24,312 nt of DNA from a virus (IMGVR_UViG_3300009183_000352:1-24312), one strand, 5' to 3'; positions 1 to 8,934 are shown, counted from the stretch's first letter. Numbers and translations: made by a program. The notes: a model not told the origin generated them from the letters alone.

Positions 1-260
1 AACGGATTATGTTTCATGTTCATGTCACATGGTTTGCAGAAAAATTCTTCATTAACCTTTTCTTCACTGCCATGTAAATCAAATAAATTTTGAAATTGGT
101 CAGGATTTAAGATTCGATCATTCTGACAAAATTTACACAAGACTGTACGGTTCAATCGTGGTAGAGATTCTTTCTCTACCAGAATTTTTTTTGGTTGTTT
201 TTTAGAGCGAGATTTATCTGCTTTAAAATCGGGTAATATTATATTTTCTGTATTTTCCAT
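1..260 (-). CDS. Hypothetical zinc-finger protein, partial (runs off the window start)
   Basis: Manual translation from ATG at 260: MENTENIILPDFKADK...VLCKFCQNDR...FFCKPCDMNMKHNP, open to position 1. Two CxxC pairs. Starts 1 nt after the stop of 262..699. Confidence 0.7.
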   Translation of the reverse strand, partial: MENTENIILPDFKADKSRSKKQPKKILVEKESLPRLNRTVLCKFCQNDRILNPDQFQNLFDLHGSEEKVNEEFFCKPCDMNMKHNP

Positions 261-261
261 G

Positions 262-699
262 TTAATAATTCTCAAACGCTAGCATACCTTCTGTTAAGCC
301 TAATGCTAGAAACAGAAGATATTTGTTTTCTACATTACTACTGTTTAAATATTCTGCAAGTAGATTTTGTGTCTGACTCAAAGATTCTTCAATTTCTTCT
401 ATTTTCTCTGGTGATATTTCCTTAAAGTTTGTTTTTAAAGAGTGTATAAAGCCATCGGAAAATTTCTGAAAAAATGCTACACTATCAAAAACATTTGTAT
501 TTGTTCTCATTGATATTGATACATTACCAAAAAAACGATGTAATGCTACGTCTGGAACATCTTTACAAAATTCTCTTATAATTTTTGATAAATCTGTTTT
601 TGAAACAAAAATCTTTGACGGTGCAAAGTCTTCTCCTTCTGGAGGAGAATACATTTGTTGCAGCGGATCGTAATCGTAGTCAGGTTTTAAAAAACTCAT
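262..699 (-). CDS. Hypothetical protein
   Basis: 145-aa ORF, 4-nt ATGA-type overlap with the upstream ORF; no recognised motif. Confidence 0.65.
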   Translation of the reverse strand: MSFLKPDYDYDPLQQMYSPPEGEDFAPSKIFVSKTDLSKIIREFCKDVPDVALHRFFGNVSISMRTNTNVFDSVAFFQKFSDGFIHSLKTNFKEISPEKIEEIEESLSQTQNLLAEYLNSSNVENKYLLFLALGLTEGMLAFENY

Positions 700-1103
700 T
701 GCTCAATTTGTTGCTCAACTTGACTAACTGGTTCGGTAATTGCAGCACTCATAAAATTAGTATGAATACCATTATATTTTAAACAGTTTGTACAGCGAAA
801 TTCTGTATCTGTTAAATCTAATTCAATTTCATTTTTATGACCGCAATGAGCACAATTTAAAGGTATAAGATATTTCTTATACGGTTTTGCATTATACTCT
901 CTTACTGCTTCAAGAATTTTATTTGTTTCGCCGTAACGATCCCATGCAAGAGATCCAAATATTTGAGCCATAAAGAAAAACCAAAAAGATCCCCAAAAAT
1001 AAATGGAGAAAAAAGAACTTAAACCAAGTGCTAGTCCTCCACTTATCAGAGAAGTTATTCCTAGAGAAACTCCTAATATTAATAGTTTTTTACTTGTTTT
1101 CAT
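696..1103 (-). CDS. Membrane protein with C-terminal zinc ribbon
   Basis: Two hydrophobic N-terminal segments, then CAHC...CTNC. Confidence 0.7.
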   Translation of the reverse strand: MKTSKKLLILGVSLGITSLISGGLALGLSSFFSIYFWGSFWFFFMAQIFGSLAWDRYGETNKILEAVREYNAKPYKKYLIPLNCAHCGHKNEIELDLTDTEFRCTNCLKYNGIHTNFMSAAITEPVSQVEQQIEQ

Positions 1104-1281
1104 TTTTTACTGGTTCGATAATTCTGGTAATGCCTTGCTTTAAAAAGCAACCGCAACGTCCGCAACGCCACTGACATTCCATAACAAGAGAACCGTCCGC
1201 TTTACGAACAGGGGATTCTCTGCCAGGAGTCACTTGACCACAGGCTCTACAAGAGATTGGTGTATTTTGTAATAACATCAT
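1090..1281 (-). CDS. Small zinc-ribbon protein
   Basis: CRAC...CGRC in 63 aa; TATAAGTA 8 nt upstream (1290-1297). Confidence 0.65.
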   Translation of the reverse strand: MMLLQNTPISCRACGQVTPGRESPVRKADGSLVMECQWRCGRCGCFLKQGITRIIEPVKNENK

Positions 1282-1292
1282 ATATAAAATAC

Positions 1293-2213
1293 TTATAGGG
1301 AAATACAGGAAAGTAAATCAGAATTAAGCGAATTTTTATTAAAAAGCGAATTCCACTCCCCAAAACTAGTCAAAAATACAGTAAAACCATACTTTTTAAA
1401 TAGATTTTTAAGTTCATCAGGTTCAAATTTACCAGAGAAATTATCATCTTGTTCTTTGTAAAAAATATACTCTTCTGGAAAAACAGTTTCGGTTCTTTCT
1501 AAATCCATTACTGATAAGTTACGAGAAATTATTTGAATTTGTTCTTCGCTTAAATCATCAGTAATAAAATCTGAATGGTTTTCTTTATAAATTTTTTCAG
1601 CAAGTGCTTTTGCACGAACAGGACCAAACTTTTCCAAACCACTAATATTATCAGATACATCTCCTACAATACTTTTGTATAGTAAGAATAATTGTTTCTT
1701 AACATTAGCAAAAGTTTCAAAGTTATTCTCATCAACAATAAAATCTTTGTTTGGTAGATAAACAGAAACATTACTTTTTACTAGTTGTAGTAAGTCACGG
1801 TCACTACTTACAATAAGTGAGCTTTCATCACTTGATAGTGTCAAGTAACGAATAACATCATCAGCTTCCATGTTAACTGGATAAATGGTTTTAACTCCAA
1901 GAGCATCTACAAACTCTTGAATATATGAAATTGTATTGAAAAGTTCATTAGTCTTTTCAGTTTCGACTCTTTGTTCCTTATAAGGAACAAGCTCTTTACG
2001 AAAATTCTTTTTTGTAGGGTGGAGTTTCTTATCCCATGTAAGAATAATTTCATTTGGTTTAAATCGGTTTGTAACCGATTTAAACATTGAAAGAAACTGA
2101 TGAATAGGAGTAACGTTAACTCCTTCAACAAATTTATCGGGGCGTTTTACAAAAAATGCACGGAATAAGAAATTGTTACCATCAATAATGAGTTTGTCGT
2201 AGTGTTGTGACAT
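1293..2213 (-). CDS. rnh: T4-type RNase H / 5'-3' flap exonuclease
   Basis: LIIDGNNFLFRAF, WD, MEADDVI, IVSSDRDLLQL and GDVSDNISG (H3TH) motifs. Start moved from 2306 to ATG 2213 (MSQHYDKL) because a promoter lies directly upstream and the longer start overlaps 2251..2523. Confidence 0.85.
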   Translation of the reverse strand: MSQHYDKLIIDGNNFLFRAFFVKRPDKFVEGVNVTPIHQFLSMFKSVTNRFKPNEIILTWDKKLHPTKKNFRKELVPYKEQRVETEKTNELFNTISYIQEFVDALGVKTIYPVNMEADDVIRYLTLSSDESSLIVSSDRDLLQLVKSNVSVYLPNKDFIVDENNFETFANVKKQLFLLYKSIVGDVSDNISGLEKFGPVRAKALAEKIYKENHSDFITDDLSEEQIQIISRNLSVMDLERTETVFPEEYIFYKEQDDNFSGKFEPDELKNLFKKYGFTVFLTSFGEWNSLFNKNSLNSDLLSCISL

Positions 2214-2220
2214 AGGGCTT

Positions 2221-2249
2221 ATATTAACGTAGTAGGTACAAGTTATCAA
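2221..2249 (-). promoter_or_regulatory. Sigma70-type promoter for rnh (putatively leaderless)
   Basis: TTGATA-N17-TAATAT-N7-ATG(2213). Confidence 0.6.
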
Positions 2250-2250
2250 A

Positions 2251-2523
2251 TTATTTTTTATAAATCCGATAATACTCTTTCCAAACTGTTTTAGGCAATA
2301 ATTCAATATATGTTATAAAATCATAAACAAGATGGTTTTCAAAACCTAAACGAGACATTTCAAACTTTTCAGAGTTTCCAATTTTCATACGAATTCCTTT
2401 TATAGTTTTGTCGTCTTCTTCAAAAATTATTAACCCCACTCCATTATCTGCAAAGTTTTTATTAAATGCATAAAAACCGTATTTTTTGATTTTTTTATTC
2501 AATTCTTCTCTTGACTGTTCCAT
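2251..2523 (-). CDS. Hypothetical protein
   Basis: 90-aa ORF with its own promoter-like element. Confidence 0.6.
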   Translation of the reverse strand: MEQSREELNKKIKKYGFYAFNKNFADNGVGLIIFEEDDKTIKGIRMKIGNSEKFEMSRLGFENHLVYDFITYIELLPKTVWKEYYRIYKK

Positions 2524-2529
2524 AAATGT

Positions 2530-2558
2530 AGTTTATACTATGTTACGATACTTTGCAA
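2530..2558 (-). promoter_or_regulatory. Sigma70-type promoter (putatively leaderless)
   Basis: TTGCAA-N17-TAAACT-N6-ATG(2523). Confidence 0.55.
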
Positions 2559-2572
2559 TAAGTATTTTAAAT

Positions 2573-2647
2573 GTTGGTATGGCCGAATGGTTTAGGCAAG
2601 AGTCTGCAAAACTCTTTACGGGGGTTCGATTCCCTCTACCAACTCCA
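2573..2647 (+). tRNA. tRNA-Cys(GCA)
   Basis: Acceptor stem GTTGGTA/TACCAAC, D arm GCC...GGC, anticodon arm AGAGT-CTGCAAA-ACTCT (GCA at 2606-2608), T loop TTCGATT, U73 discriminator typical of Cys, encoded CCA. Confidence 0.95.
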
Positions 2648-2650
2648 ATT

Positions 2651-2830
2651 ATGCTAAACACAATCGCAGCTAATAGAGTAAACGTAACAGTAGCAGGTCA
2701 AATCTTTTCGATTCCTGCTGACAAGGTTCAGCAAGTAATGAATATGCTTGCATCACTACAAAGTATTCAAGTTTCAGAAAACCCATCGCCTTTTATTCAA
2801 TATCAAGGTAAAACTCTTGTAAACGGATAA
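2651..2830 (+). CDS. Small hypothetical protein (59 aa)
   Basis: MLNTIAANRV...KTLVNG. Starts 3 nt after the tRNA CCA; the track start at 2486 would run through the tRNA. Confidence 0.65.
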   Translation: MLNTIAANRVNVTVAGQIFSIPADKVQQVMNMLASLQSIQVSENPSPFIQYQGKTLVNG

Positions 2831-2838
2831 TCATTGTT

Positions 2839-4092
2839 ATGAACAGAAGAACCATTCTCCAAGTAGGAGCCGCAGCAGGAATAAATCTTCCTTTCTGGTT
2901 AAAGGCAAATGAATCAAAAGCTGCAAAAGCAACTAGTGTTATTCATATATTTCTTCCTGGTGGAATGGCTCATCAAGATACTTGGGATTATAAACCAAAT
3001 GGTTCTCCTGAATATCGTGGTCCTTTTAGTGGAATTAAAACAAAAATAAGTGATGTTTTCTTTGGTGAACTATTAAAAGAAACATCTAAAATTAGTGATA
3101 AACTAACAGTTATTAGAAGTATGACTCATGGTGAAGCAGCACATGAACGTGGTGTTCATAATATGCTTACAGGCTATCGTCCAAGTCCTGCTCTTCAATA
3201 TCCTTCATTTGGTAGTATTGTTTCTCATGAATTAGGCGGAAGAAATAATCTTCCACCGTATGTTCTTGTGCCAAACCAATTTGCACCAGAAAATGGAACT
3301 GGTTATCTTTCAACAAAGTATGGTCCTTTTTCACTTGGCAGCAATCCAGAAAACTCTGATTTTAAAGTAAAAGATTTAAATGTTCCATTAGGAATAAGTG
3401 AAAATCAGCTTCAGCGTCGTCGTTTCTTACTAGATAGTATTGACGAGAGATTTAAATCTCTTGAAAAAAGTGACTCTGTTCAAGCTATGGATTCTTTTTA
3501 TCAGAGTGCATATAATCTTATTTCTTCTTCAGGAGCAAAAGATGCTTTTGATTTAAGAAAAGAAACTCTTAAAACAAAAGAAAATTATGGAAATAATTCT
3601 GCTGGAATGCGTTTTTTAATGGCTCGTCGTCTTGTAGAAGCAGGTGTAAGAATGGTAACTGTAAATTATGGTTCTTGGGATCATCATAGTAATTTAAATT
3701 CTGCAATGATTGGTCAAGCACCAAGCTTTGACCGTGCATTTTCTGCACTTATCAGAGATTTAAGTGATCGTGGAATGCTTTCTTCTACTCTTGTAATGGT
3801 TACAAGTGAGTTTGGAAGAACTCCTAAAATCAATAATACAAATGGACGTGATCATTGGCCTAAAGTATTTTCTACTGTATTAGCAGGTGGTGGAGTTAAA
3901 GAAGGTTTCTCTTATGGAAAGAGTGATGCAATATCATCTGAACCAGAAGAAAATCCTGTTAGTCCTGAAAATCTTGCCGCAACAATGTATAGTCTTATGG
4001 GAATAAATTATGAGAAACGCTTAATGACAAGCGATTTACGTCCAATAGATATTGTTCGTGAAGGAAAAATTTTAACTGATATTATAGCTTAG
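2839..4092 (+). CDS. DUF1501 family protein (PVC-type, Tat-exported)
   Basis: MNRRTILQVGAAAG twin-arginine leader; IFLPGGMAHQDTWD, YPSFGS, ARRLVEAGVR, WDHH, SEFGRTP and GRDHWP motifs. Confidence 0.9.
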   Translation: MNRRTILQVGAAAGINLPFWLKANESKAAKATSVIHIFLPGGMAHQDTWDYKPNGSPEYRGPFSGIKTKISDVFFGELLKETSKISDKLTVIRSMTHGEAAHERGVHNMLTGYRPSPALQYPSFGSIVSHELGGRNNLPPYVLVPNQFAPENGTGYLSTKYGPFSLGSNPENSDFKVKDLNVPLGISENQLQRRRFLLDSIDERFKSLEKSDSVQAMDSFYQSAYNLISSSGAKDAFDLRKETLKTKENYGNNSAGMRFLMARRLVEAGVRMVTVNYGSWDHHSNLNSAMIGQAPSFDRAFSALIRDLSDRGMLSSTLVMVTSEFGRTPKINNTNGRDHWPKVFSTVLAGGGVKEGFSYGKSDAISSEPEENPVSPENLAATMYSLMGINYEKRLMTSDLRPIDIVREGKILTDIIA

Positions 4093-4760
4093 TAAGCGAT
4101 TGGATCAGTTACTATAATTTCTCCTGTTGATGGACGCATCATAAAATTGCCAGAGTGCATATCAAATAAATGACTCTCCTCATTACTTTCTAAAAACTTT
4201 TTAAGTTTATAAAAAGTTTTGAAAATTCCGAGATTACTTTCAACGAAATAATCTAGTCGTCTAAGTCTTCTACTTTCAGAACGAGTATTTTTTGGTCTTT
4301 TTTGTTTAGTTATTTCTAAATTTTCTTTATATATATCTCGAACTGCTTCAACAACATTATTAAGATATTCATCAAAACCTAAGTTTCCTATAGTATAATC
4401 ATGTAATGCATTTGCAAATGTTGAAACTAATCGCCATCTCCAATCACCGATTTTCAAACTATCTAGTTTTTCTATTGCAACAATTCCGTAATCTCTAGAT
4501 TGATTATTTGATAATGGTAAAATACGTCTTTTTATTTTTGGAATATGTGGATCATTTTGATTTTCTTCTATAAAATTTAAAAAATTATCATATGCAGGAT
4601 CATTTCTATATACTTTCAATACATAATTTTTATTTGGTTTTTTAAAAACTGTTCCAAAGGCACCACTTCCAGTCCACCCCCATCCATTTGATTTTAGATA
4701 TTCTAAAAAATCATAATAATCTCTGTTGGAGTTTTGTTCGTAAAATTGTTTAAAGTTCAT
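4089..4760 (-). CDS. Protein-kinase-fold protein with MNFKQFYE leader
   Basis: GSGAFGTVF Gly-loop, YVLKV lysine, DMHSGNFM catalytic loop, VTDP metal-binding Asp. Confidence 0.8.
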   Translation of the reverse strand: MNFKQFYEQNSNRDYYDFLEYLKSNGWGWTGSGAFGTVFKKPNKNYVLKVYRNDPAYDNFLNFIEENQNDPHIPKIKRRILPLSNNQSRDYGIVAIEKLDSLKIGDWRWRLVSTFANALHDYTIGNLGFDEYLNNVVEAVRDIYKENLEITKQKRPKNTRSESRRLRRLDYFVESNLGIFKTFYKLKKFLESNEESHLFDMHSGNFMMRPSTGEIIVTDPIAY

Positions 4761-4765
4761 AAAGT

Positions 4766-4771
4766 TATTTA
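4766..4771 (-). promoter_or_regulatory. T4-type late promoter core
   Basis: (G)TAAATA-N5-ATG(4760). Confidence 0.6.
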
Positions 4772-4788
4772 CTTTAAACTGAAAAAGG

Positions 4789-4817
4789 TTGACGAACCTA
4801 TAAACACATTGTATAAT
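4789..4817 (+). promoter_or_regulatory. Near-consensus sigma70 promoter for the clamp loader (putatively leaderless)
   Basis: TTGACG-N17-TATAAT-N5-ATG(4823). Confidence 0.8.
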
Positions 4818-4822
4818 AGAAC

Positions 4823-5728
4823 ATGAATATTAACCAAGTTTGGACAGAAAAATATCGACCACAAAACATTGAAGATGTAATCTTAAGTGAAGATGAAAAG
4901 AATTTTTTCACATCATTAAAAGAGATTCCAAATAATCTTCTTCTTGTAGGCAATCCTGGCATTGGAAAAAGCACTGTTGCAAAGATTCTTGCCAAAAAGT
5001 TTGCACCGCACTCTTATATGTATATCAATGCATCTGAACAAGGTAACATTGATACTGTAAGAACTCTTATCTCTGAATTTATCGCTGTATCATCTATTGA
5101 TGGTAATGGTAAGGTTGTTATTCTTGACGAAGCTGATGGGGTTTCTCTTGCCGCACAGCAAGCTCTTCGTTCAGTGATGGAAGAGTATCTAGATTCGGTA
5201 AAGTTTATTCTTACTGCAAACTATCGCAACAAGCTTATTGAAGCTCTTCGTTCACGCTGTCAAGAGTTCTCTTTTACTTGCACCGAAAAAATGGTGTTAA
5301 CAAGAGTTGTTCAAATTATTAAAAGTGAAAAAGTGATTGTTCCAAAAGAAAGTATCGAAAATCTTAAATCTCTTGTAAAAGAGTTTTTCCCTGATATTCG
5401 TAAAACAATCAACGAGTTACAGCGTTGTTGCCTTGGTGGAACCTTTACATATAATAAAAGAAATAGTGGAGACTTTGCAAGAGAAATCAAAGAAAACCTA
5501 AAAGAAGGTAAAGACGTTTTTGAGATTCGTCAAAAGGTTGTAGATTCTACAGACAAGTTTGGAAATGATTATCATTCTCTTATGAAAGACCTTTTTCATC
5601 TTTATGTTCGTGAATGCAACAGCATTGCAAGTATTTTGATTAGCGAGTATATGTATCGTCATTCTTTTGTAATGGATGCCGAAATCAATTTTTCTGCACT
5701 ATTATTCAATCTTAAAAGTAAAATTTAA
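4823..5728 (+). CDS. Sliding clamp loader AAA+ subunit (T4 gp44 / RFC small-subunit-like)
   Basis: WTEKYRP, Walker A GNPGIGKS, INAS, Walker B ILDEAD, SRC motif, FPDIRKTINELQ. Confidence 0.92.
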   Translation: MNINQVWTEKYRPQNIEDVILSEDEKNFFTSLKEIPNNLLLVGNPGIGKSTVAKILAKKFAPHSYMYINASEQGNIDTVRTLISEFIAVSSIDGNGKVVILDEADGVSLAAQQALRSVMEEYLDSVKFILTANYRNKLIEALRSRCQEFSFTCTEKMVLTRVVQIIKSEKVIVPKESIENLKSLVKEFFPDIRKTINELQRCCLGGTFTYNKRNSGDFAREIKENLKEGKDVFEIRQKVVDSTDKFGNDYHSLMKDLFHLYVRECNSIASILISEYMYRHSFVMDAEINFSALLFNLKSKI

Positions 5729-5773
5729 AGAAAGATGAAAGAAAATGTTTCTCTTATAAGTATATAATCAGAT

Positions 5774-7495
5774 ATGAAAAAGTTTATAATCTTATTATTT
5801 TCAACACTATTCACTTTATCTGCATTTGCTACTAATGAATTAGACAGCGTTTTAAAAACTTATTATACTAAAAATTCTGTTAAAGGTAGTGCCAAAACCG
5901 TAGATGATTATACTTGGATTAAAAGAGTTTATCTTGATTTAGGTGGAAGAATTCCAACTATTAGCGAAATCAATTCTTTTGTTAATAGTAAAAATCCTGA
6001 AAAGAAAAATAAAGTTGTTGACTCAATTTTAGCTTCTGAAGATTATGTTAATAATTACTATAATTTTTGGGCAGATATTTTTCGTATAAGACCAGAAAGA
6101 CTTTCTGATGATGTTGGTTTATTAAAATCATACCCTTATATAGATTATGTAAAATCTTTTATTAGAACAGATCAATCATATAAAGACTTTGTATATTCTC
6201 TACTATCTGCAAATGGTCGTTACTCTGATAATGGAGCAACTGGATACATGATTCGTGATAATGGTATGCCATTAGATAATCTTGCAACGTCTTTACAATT
6301 ATTCATTGGAAAAGATGTTGCTTGTGCTCAGTGTCATGATGATCCATTTCAAGACTATACTCAAAAAGGTTTTTATCAAATGGCATCTCTTTTTAATTCA
6401 TTAGAAAATCGTGAACGCCGTAAAGATTATGGCGAAATAATTAAAAGAATTGATAGTGAGATTAAAGAGATTACAGGAAAAGATCGTATAGATAATAATG
6501 TTCGTCAGTTAATAGCAGCAAATCTTTTTAATTTAAAAGATGACGACAATAAAACCTTAAAACTACCACACGATTACCAATATAACGATGCTAAACCATT
6601 TGAGGTTGTTAAACCAGAAACACTTGATGGAAAATTAAAAGATGTAAAAGAAAATCGCCGTTCCGAGGTTTCAAAGTGGATTGTTAATCATAGCGACTTT
6701 CCAAATTCTATTTCTAATCGTGTTTGGAACAATGTCGTAGGTCAGTCTTTGATTGTTCCAGAAATAAACTTTGCTATAGGCGATTACCCAGAGGGTAACG
6801 TTTTACAATATCTTGGTGTTTACTTTAAAGACCATAATTATAGTATAAAAAGTTTACTTCGTCTTATAACAACCTCTGATTTTTATAGCAGAGAAGCATA
6901 CATTGGTAGTTCTGAAACCTTTCATCATCAAAGTATTCTTGTTAAAAGAATGAATGCATATCAAATTTGGGATAGTATTTTAACTCTTGTTGTTCCAGAT
7001 GTCAACTACAGCAGAATCTCATTTTCTAAATATTCAGATTTACTTGAAATTGATTGGAAAGAAATTTCTGGTAAAGAATTATTAGATAGAATGGAAAAAA
7101 TTCGTAGTTATGATCGTGAAATAAATCAGAATTTTTTAAAGTATAAAAATATAGACTTGGTTCGTTCCTCATACCTAATGAATCGTAATTCTTTTGTTGG
7201 TCAATTTTTAAAAGAATATGGTTCTTCAGATCGAGTTTTAATAGATTCATCTAATGATAAAGGTAGTATCACTCAAATATTAACAATTATGAATTCCCCA
7301 ATTGTTGAACTCTTAATGGATAAAAAGAGTCAGATATATCAGAATTTCTCAAAGAACCAACAAAAAGATAGTATTTTTTTAAGCATTTTAAGCCGTCCAA
7401 GCAAAATAAATGAAAAAGAAATCTTAACTAAAACAAAAACAGATGACCTTGTATGGGCACTAATCAATTCTAGAGAATTTTTATTTAGAAAATAA
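5774..7495 (+). CDS. DUF1549/DUF1553 (PSCyt2/PSD1-type) exported protein with CxxCH
   Basis: Sec signal MKKFIILLFSTLFTLSAFA; DDYTWIKRVYLDLGGRIPT, FWADIFR, CAQCHDDPF (6323-6337), NRVW and C-terminal DDLVWALINSREFLF. Confidence 0.88.
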   Translation: MKKFIILLFSTLFTLSAFATNELDSVLKTYYTKNSVKGSAKTVDDYTWIKRVYLDLGGRIPTISEINSFVNSKNPEKKNKVVDSILASEDYVNNYYNFWADIFRIRPERLSDDVGLLKSYPYIDYVKSFIRTDQSYKDFVYSLLSANGRYSDNGATGYMIRDNGMPLDNLATSLQLFIGKDVACAQCHDDPFQDYTQKGFYQMASLFNSLENRERRKDYGEIIKRIDSEIKEITGKDRIDNNVRQLIAANLFNLKDDDNKTLKLPHDYQYNDAKPFEVVKPETLDGKLKDVKENRRSEVSKWIVNHSDFPNSISNRVWNNVVGQSLIVPEINFAIGDYPEGNVLQYLGVYFKDHNYSIKSLLRLITTSDFYSREAYIGSSETFHHQSILVKRMNAYQIWDSILTLVVPDVNYSRISFSKYSDLLEIDWKEISGKELLDRMEKIRSYDREINQNFLKYKNIDLVRSSYLMNRNSFVGQFLKEYGSSDRVLIDSSNDKGSITQILTIMNSPIVELLMDKKSQIYQNFSKNQQKDSIFLSILSRPSKINEKEILTKTKTDDLVWALINSREFLFRK

Positions 7496-7496
7496 T

Positions 7497-7676
7497 ATGG
7501 AAGAATTACTAATACTTCAAGAAGAAGAACGTTTGTTAGAAAAGTCTAAAAATTTCTACAATGCTATTATTACAGCAGCAAATTATATAAAATTTACCAA
7601 AAAGGAAAAATCCGAAATGGTTGAAAATGAAAGTCAAAATTATGGAAAAAAACCTAAACCTCAATTGTTCTCTTAA
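7497..7676 (+). CDS. Small hypothetical protein (59 aa), absent from the ORF track
   Basis: MEELLILQEEERLLEKSKNFYNAIITAANYIKF...KPQLFS*. Starts 1 nt after the DUF1553 gene stop and fills the gap to the next gene. Confidence 0.5.
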   Translation: MEELLILQEEERLLEKSKNFYNAIITAANYIKFTKKEKSEMVENESQNYGKKPKPQLFS

Positions 7677-8934
7677 CAGAAGAGAGTTTGTAGAAAAACT
7701 TGCATACACAACATTTGGCGTTAGTGTATTGAATACTCCATCATTTGCAGAGGTTAAACAGTCTGCTTTTTTCGGAAAAGCTAAACACATCATTTACGTT
7801 TATAATAATGGCGGCATGAGTCATCTTGATTCTTTTGATCCAAAAAGTGATAAAGTTATGGGTGGCGTTAAAAGCGTTCAAACAAGTGGAGACTTTCAAG
7901 TTTCGGAATATTTTAAACAATTAGCAAAACACGGTGACAAGTTTTCTCTATTAAGAGGAATGACATCTAAAACAGGAGCACACTCACAAGGTCAGTATCT
8001 TATGAGAACTTCTTATAATAAAAACGGTTTAACCGTTCACCCTGCAATGGGTGCAATAAGCTCATACCTATTAGGTAAAAGTCATGATTCTATTCCTGAT
8101 AATATTCTTATCTCTGGTGATACAGATCACCCAAGAGAAGGATATTTAGATAAAAAATTTACTCCTCTTCCAATTATAAATCCAAACGAAGGTCTTCGTT
8201 TTAGTAAACTTTCTGTTTCTGAAACAAATTTAAATCATCGTTTAAGCGTGTTGGATGCTCTTGATCGTAATTTCCGAGAAGGCTACGGTGTTAAAGATGT
8301 AAACTCATACAATATTCTTTATGACGAAACTCTTAAATTATTAAAGAGTGAAGACTTAGACTCTTTTGATCTTACCAAAGAAACCCCTGAAAATCGTGAC
8401 CGTTATGGACGTAGTAACTTTGGTCAAGGTTGCCTTCTTGCTAAACGCTTAATCTCTCGCGGAGTGCGCTATATAGAGATTGGTGACGGTGGATGGGACA
8501 TGCATAATGACATTAGCACAGCAATGACTAACAAAGCAGAATACTATGATAAAGCACTAGCTTCTCTTTTTAGTGATTTAAGTGAAAGTGGATTATTAAA
8601 AGAAACTCTTGTTGTAATTGCAACAGAATTTGGTAGAACAATAGACTCTAAAAACGAGAATAATTTACTTGGTTTAAATAAAAATGAAGGGCGTGATCAT
8701 CATCCAAGTGCTTTCTCTTGCCTAATTGGTGGATGTGGTCTTGGTGGTAAGGTTGTTGGTAAAACTGACGAGAATGGTCAAAAAGTTGTAGAACGTCCAA
8801 CTGAAATTGGTGAACTTAATGCAACGATTGGTCACTTGTTAGGAATACGACATGATCATATATGGATGAGTCCAAGTAACCGACCATTCACAATTGGTAA
8901 TAAAGCTGAACCTATAAAAGAATTAATAGGATAA
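7642..8934 (+). CDS. Second DUF1501 family protein (Tat-exported)
   Basis: LNRREFVEKLA twin-arginine motif; GGMSHLDSFDPK, HPAMG, FGQGCLLAKRL, GWDMH, TEFGRT and GRDHHP. ATG 7642 preferred over TTG 7621; start uncertain. Confidence 0.9.
   Translation: MEKNLNLNCSLNRREFVEKLAYTTFGVSVLNTPSFAEVKQSAFFGKAKHIIYVYNNGGMSHLDSFDPKSDKVMGGVKSVQTSGDFQVSEYFKQLAKHGDKFSLLRGMTSKTGAHSQGQYLMRTSYNKNGLTVHPAMGAISSYLLGKSHDSIPDNILISGDTDHPREGYLDKKFTPLPIINPNEGLRFSKLSVSETNLNHRLSVLDALDRNFREGYGVKDVNSYNILYDETLKLLKSEDLDSFDLTKETPENRDRYGRSNFGQGCLLAKRLISRGVRYIEIGDGGWDMHNDISTAMTNKAEYYDKALASLFSDLSESGLLKETLVVIATEFGRTIDSKNENNLLGLNKNEGRDHHPSAFSCLIGGCGLGGKVVGKTDENGQKVVERPTEIGELNATIGHLLGIRHDHIWMSPSNRPFTIGNKAEPIKELIG

Noticed and set aside
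2486-2650. 5' extension of ORF 2486..2830
   Set aside because: It runs through the tRNA-Cys gene and overlaps an opposite-strand gene; ATG 2651 is more plausible.
4823-5728. Archaeal/eukaryotic RFC implying an archaeal host or giant virus
   Set aside because: rIIA/rIIB, sigma70 promoters and T4 late boxes point to a bacteriophage gp44-like protein.
2839-8934. DUF genes as a host-chromosome segment flanking a prophage
   Set aside because: They are interleaved with a gp44-like gene and a tagged kinase, share the AT-rich composition, and no integrase or att site is visible. Not formally excluded without read data.
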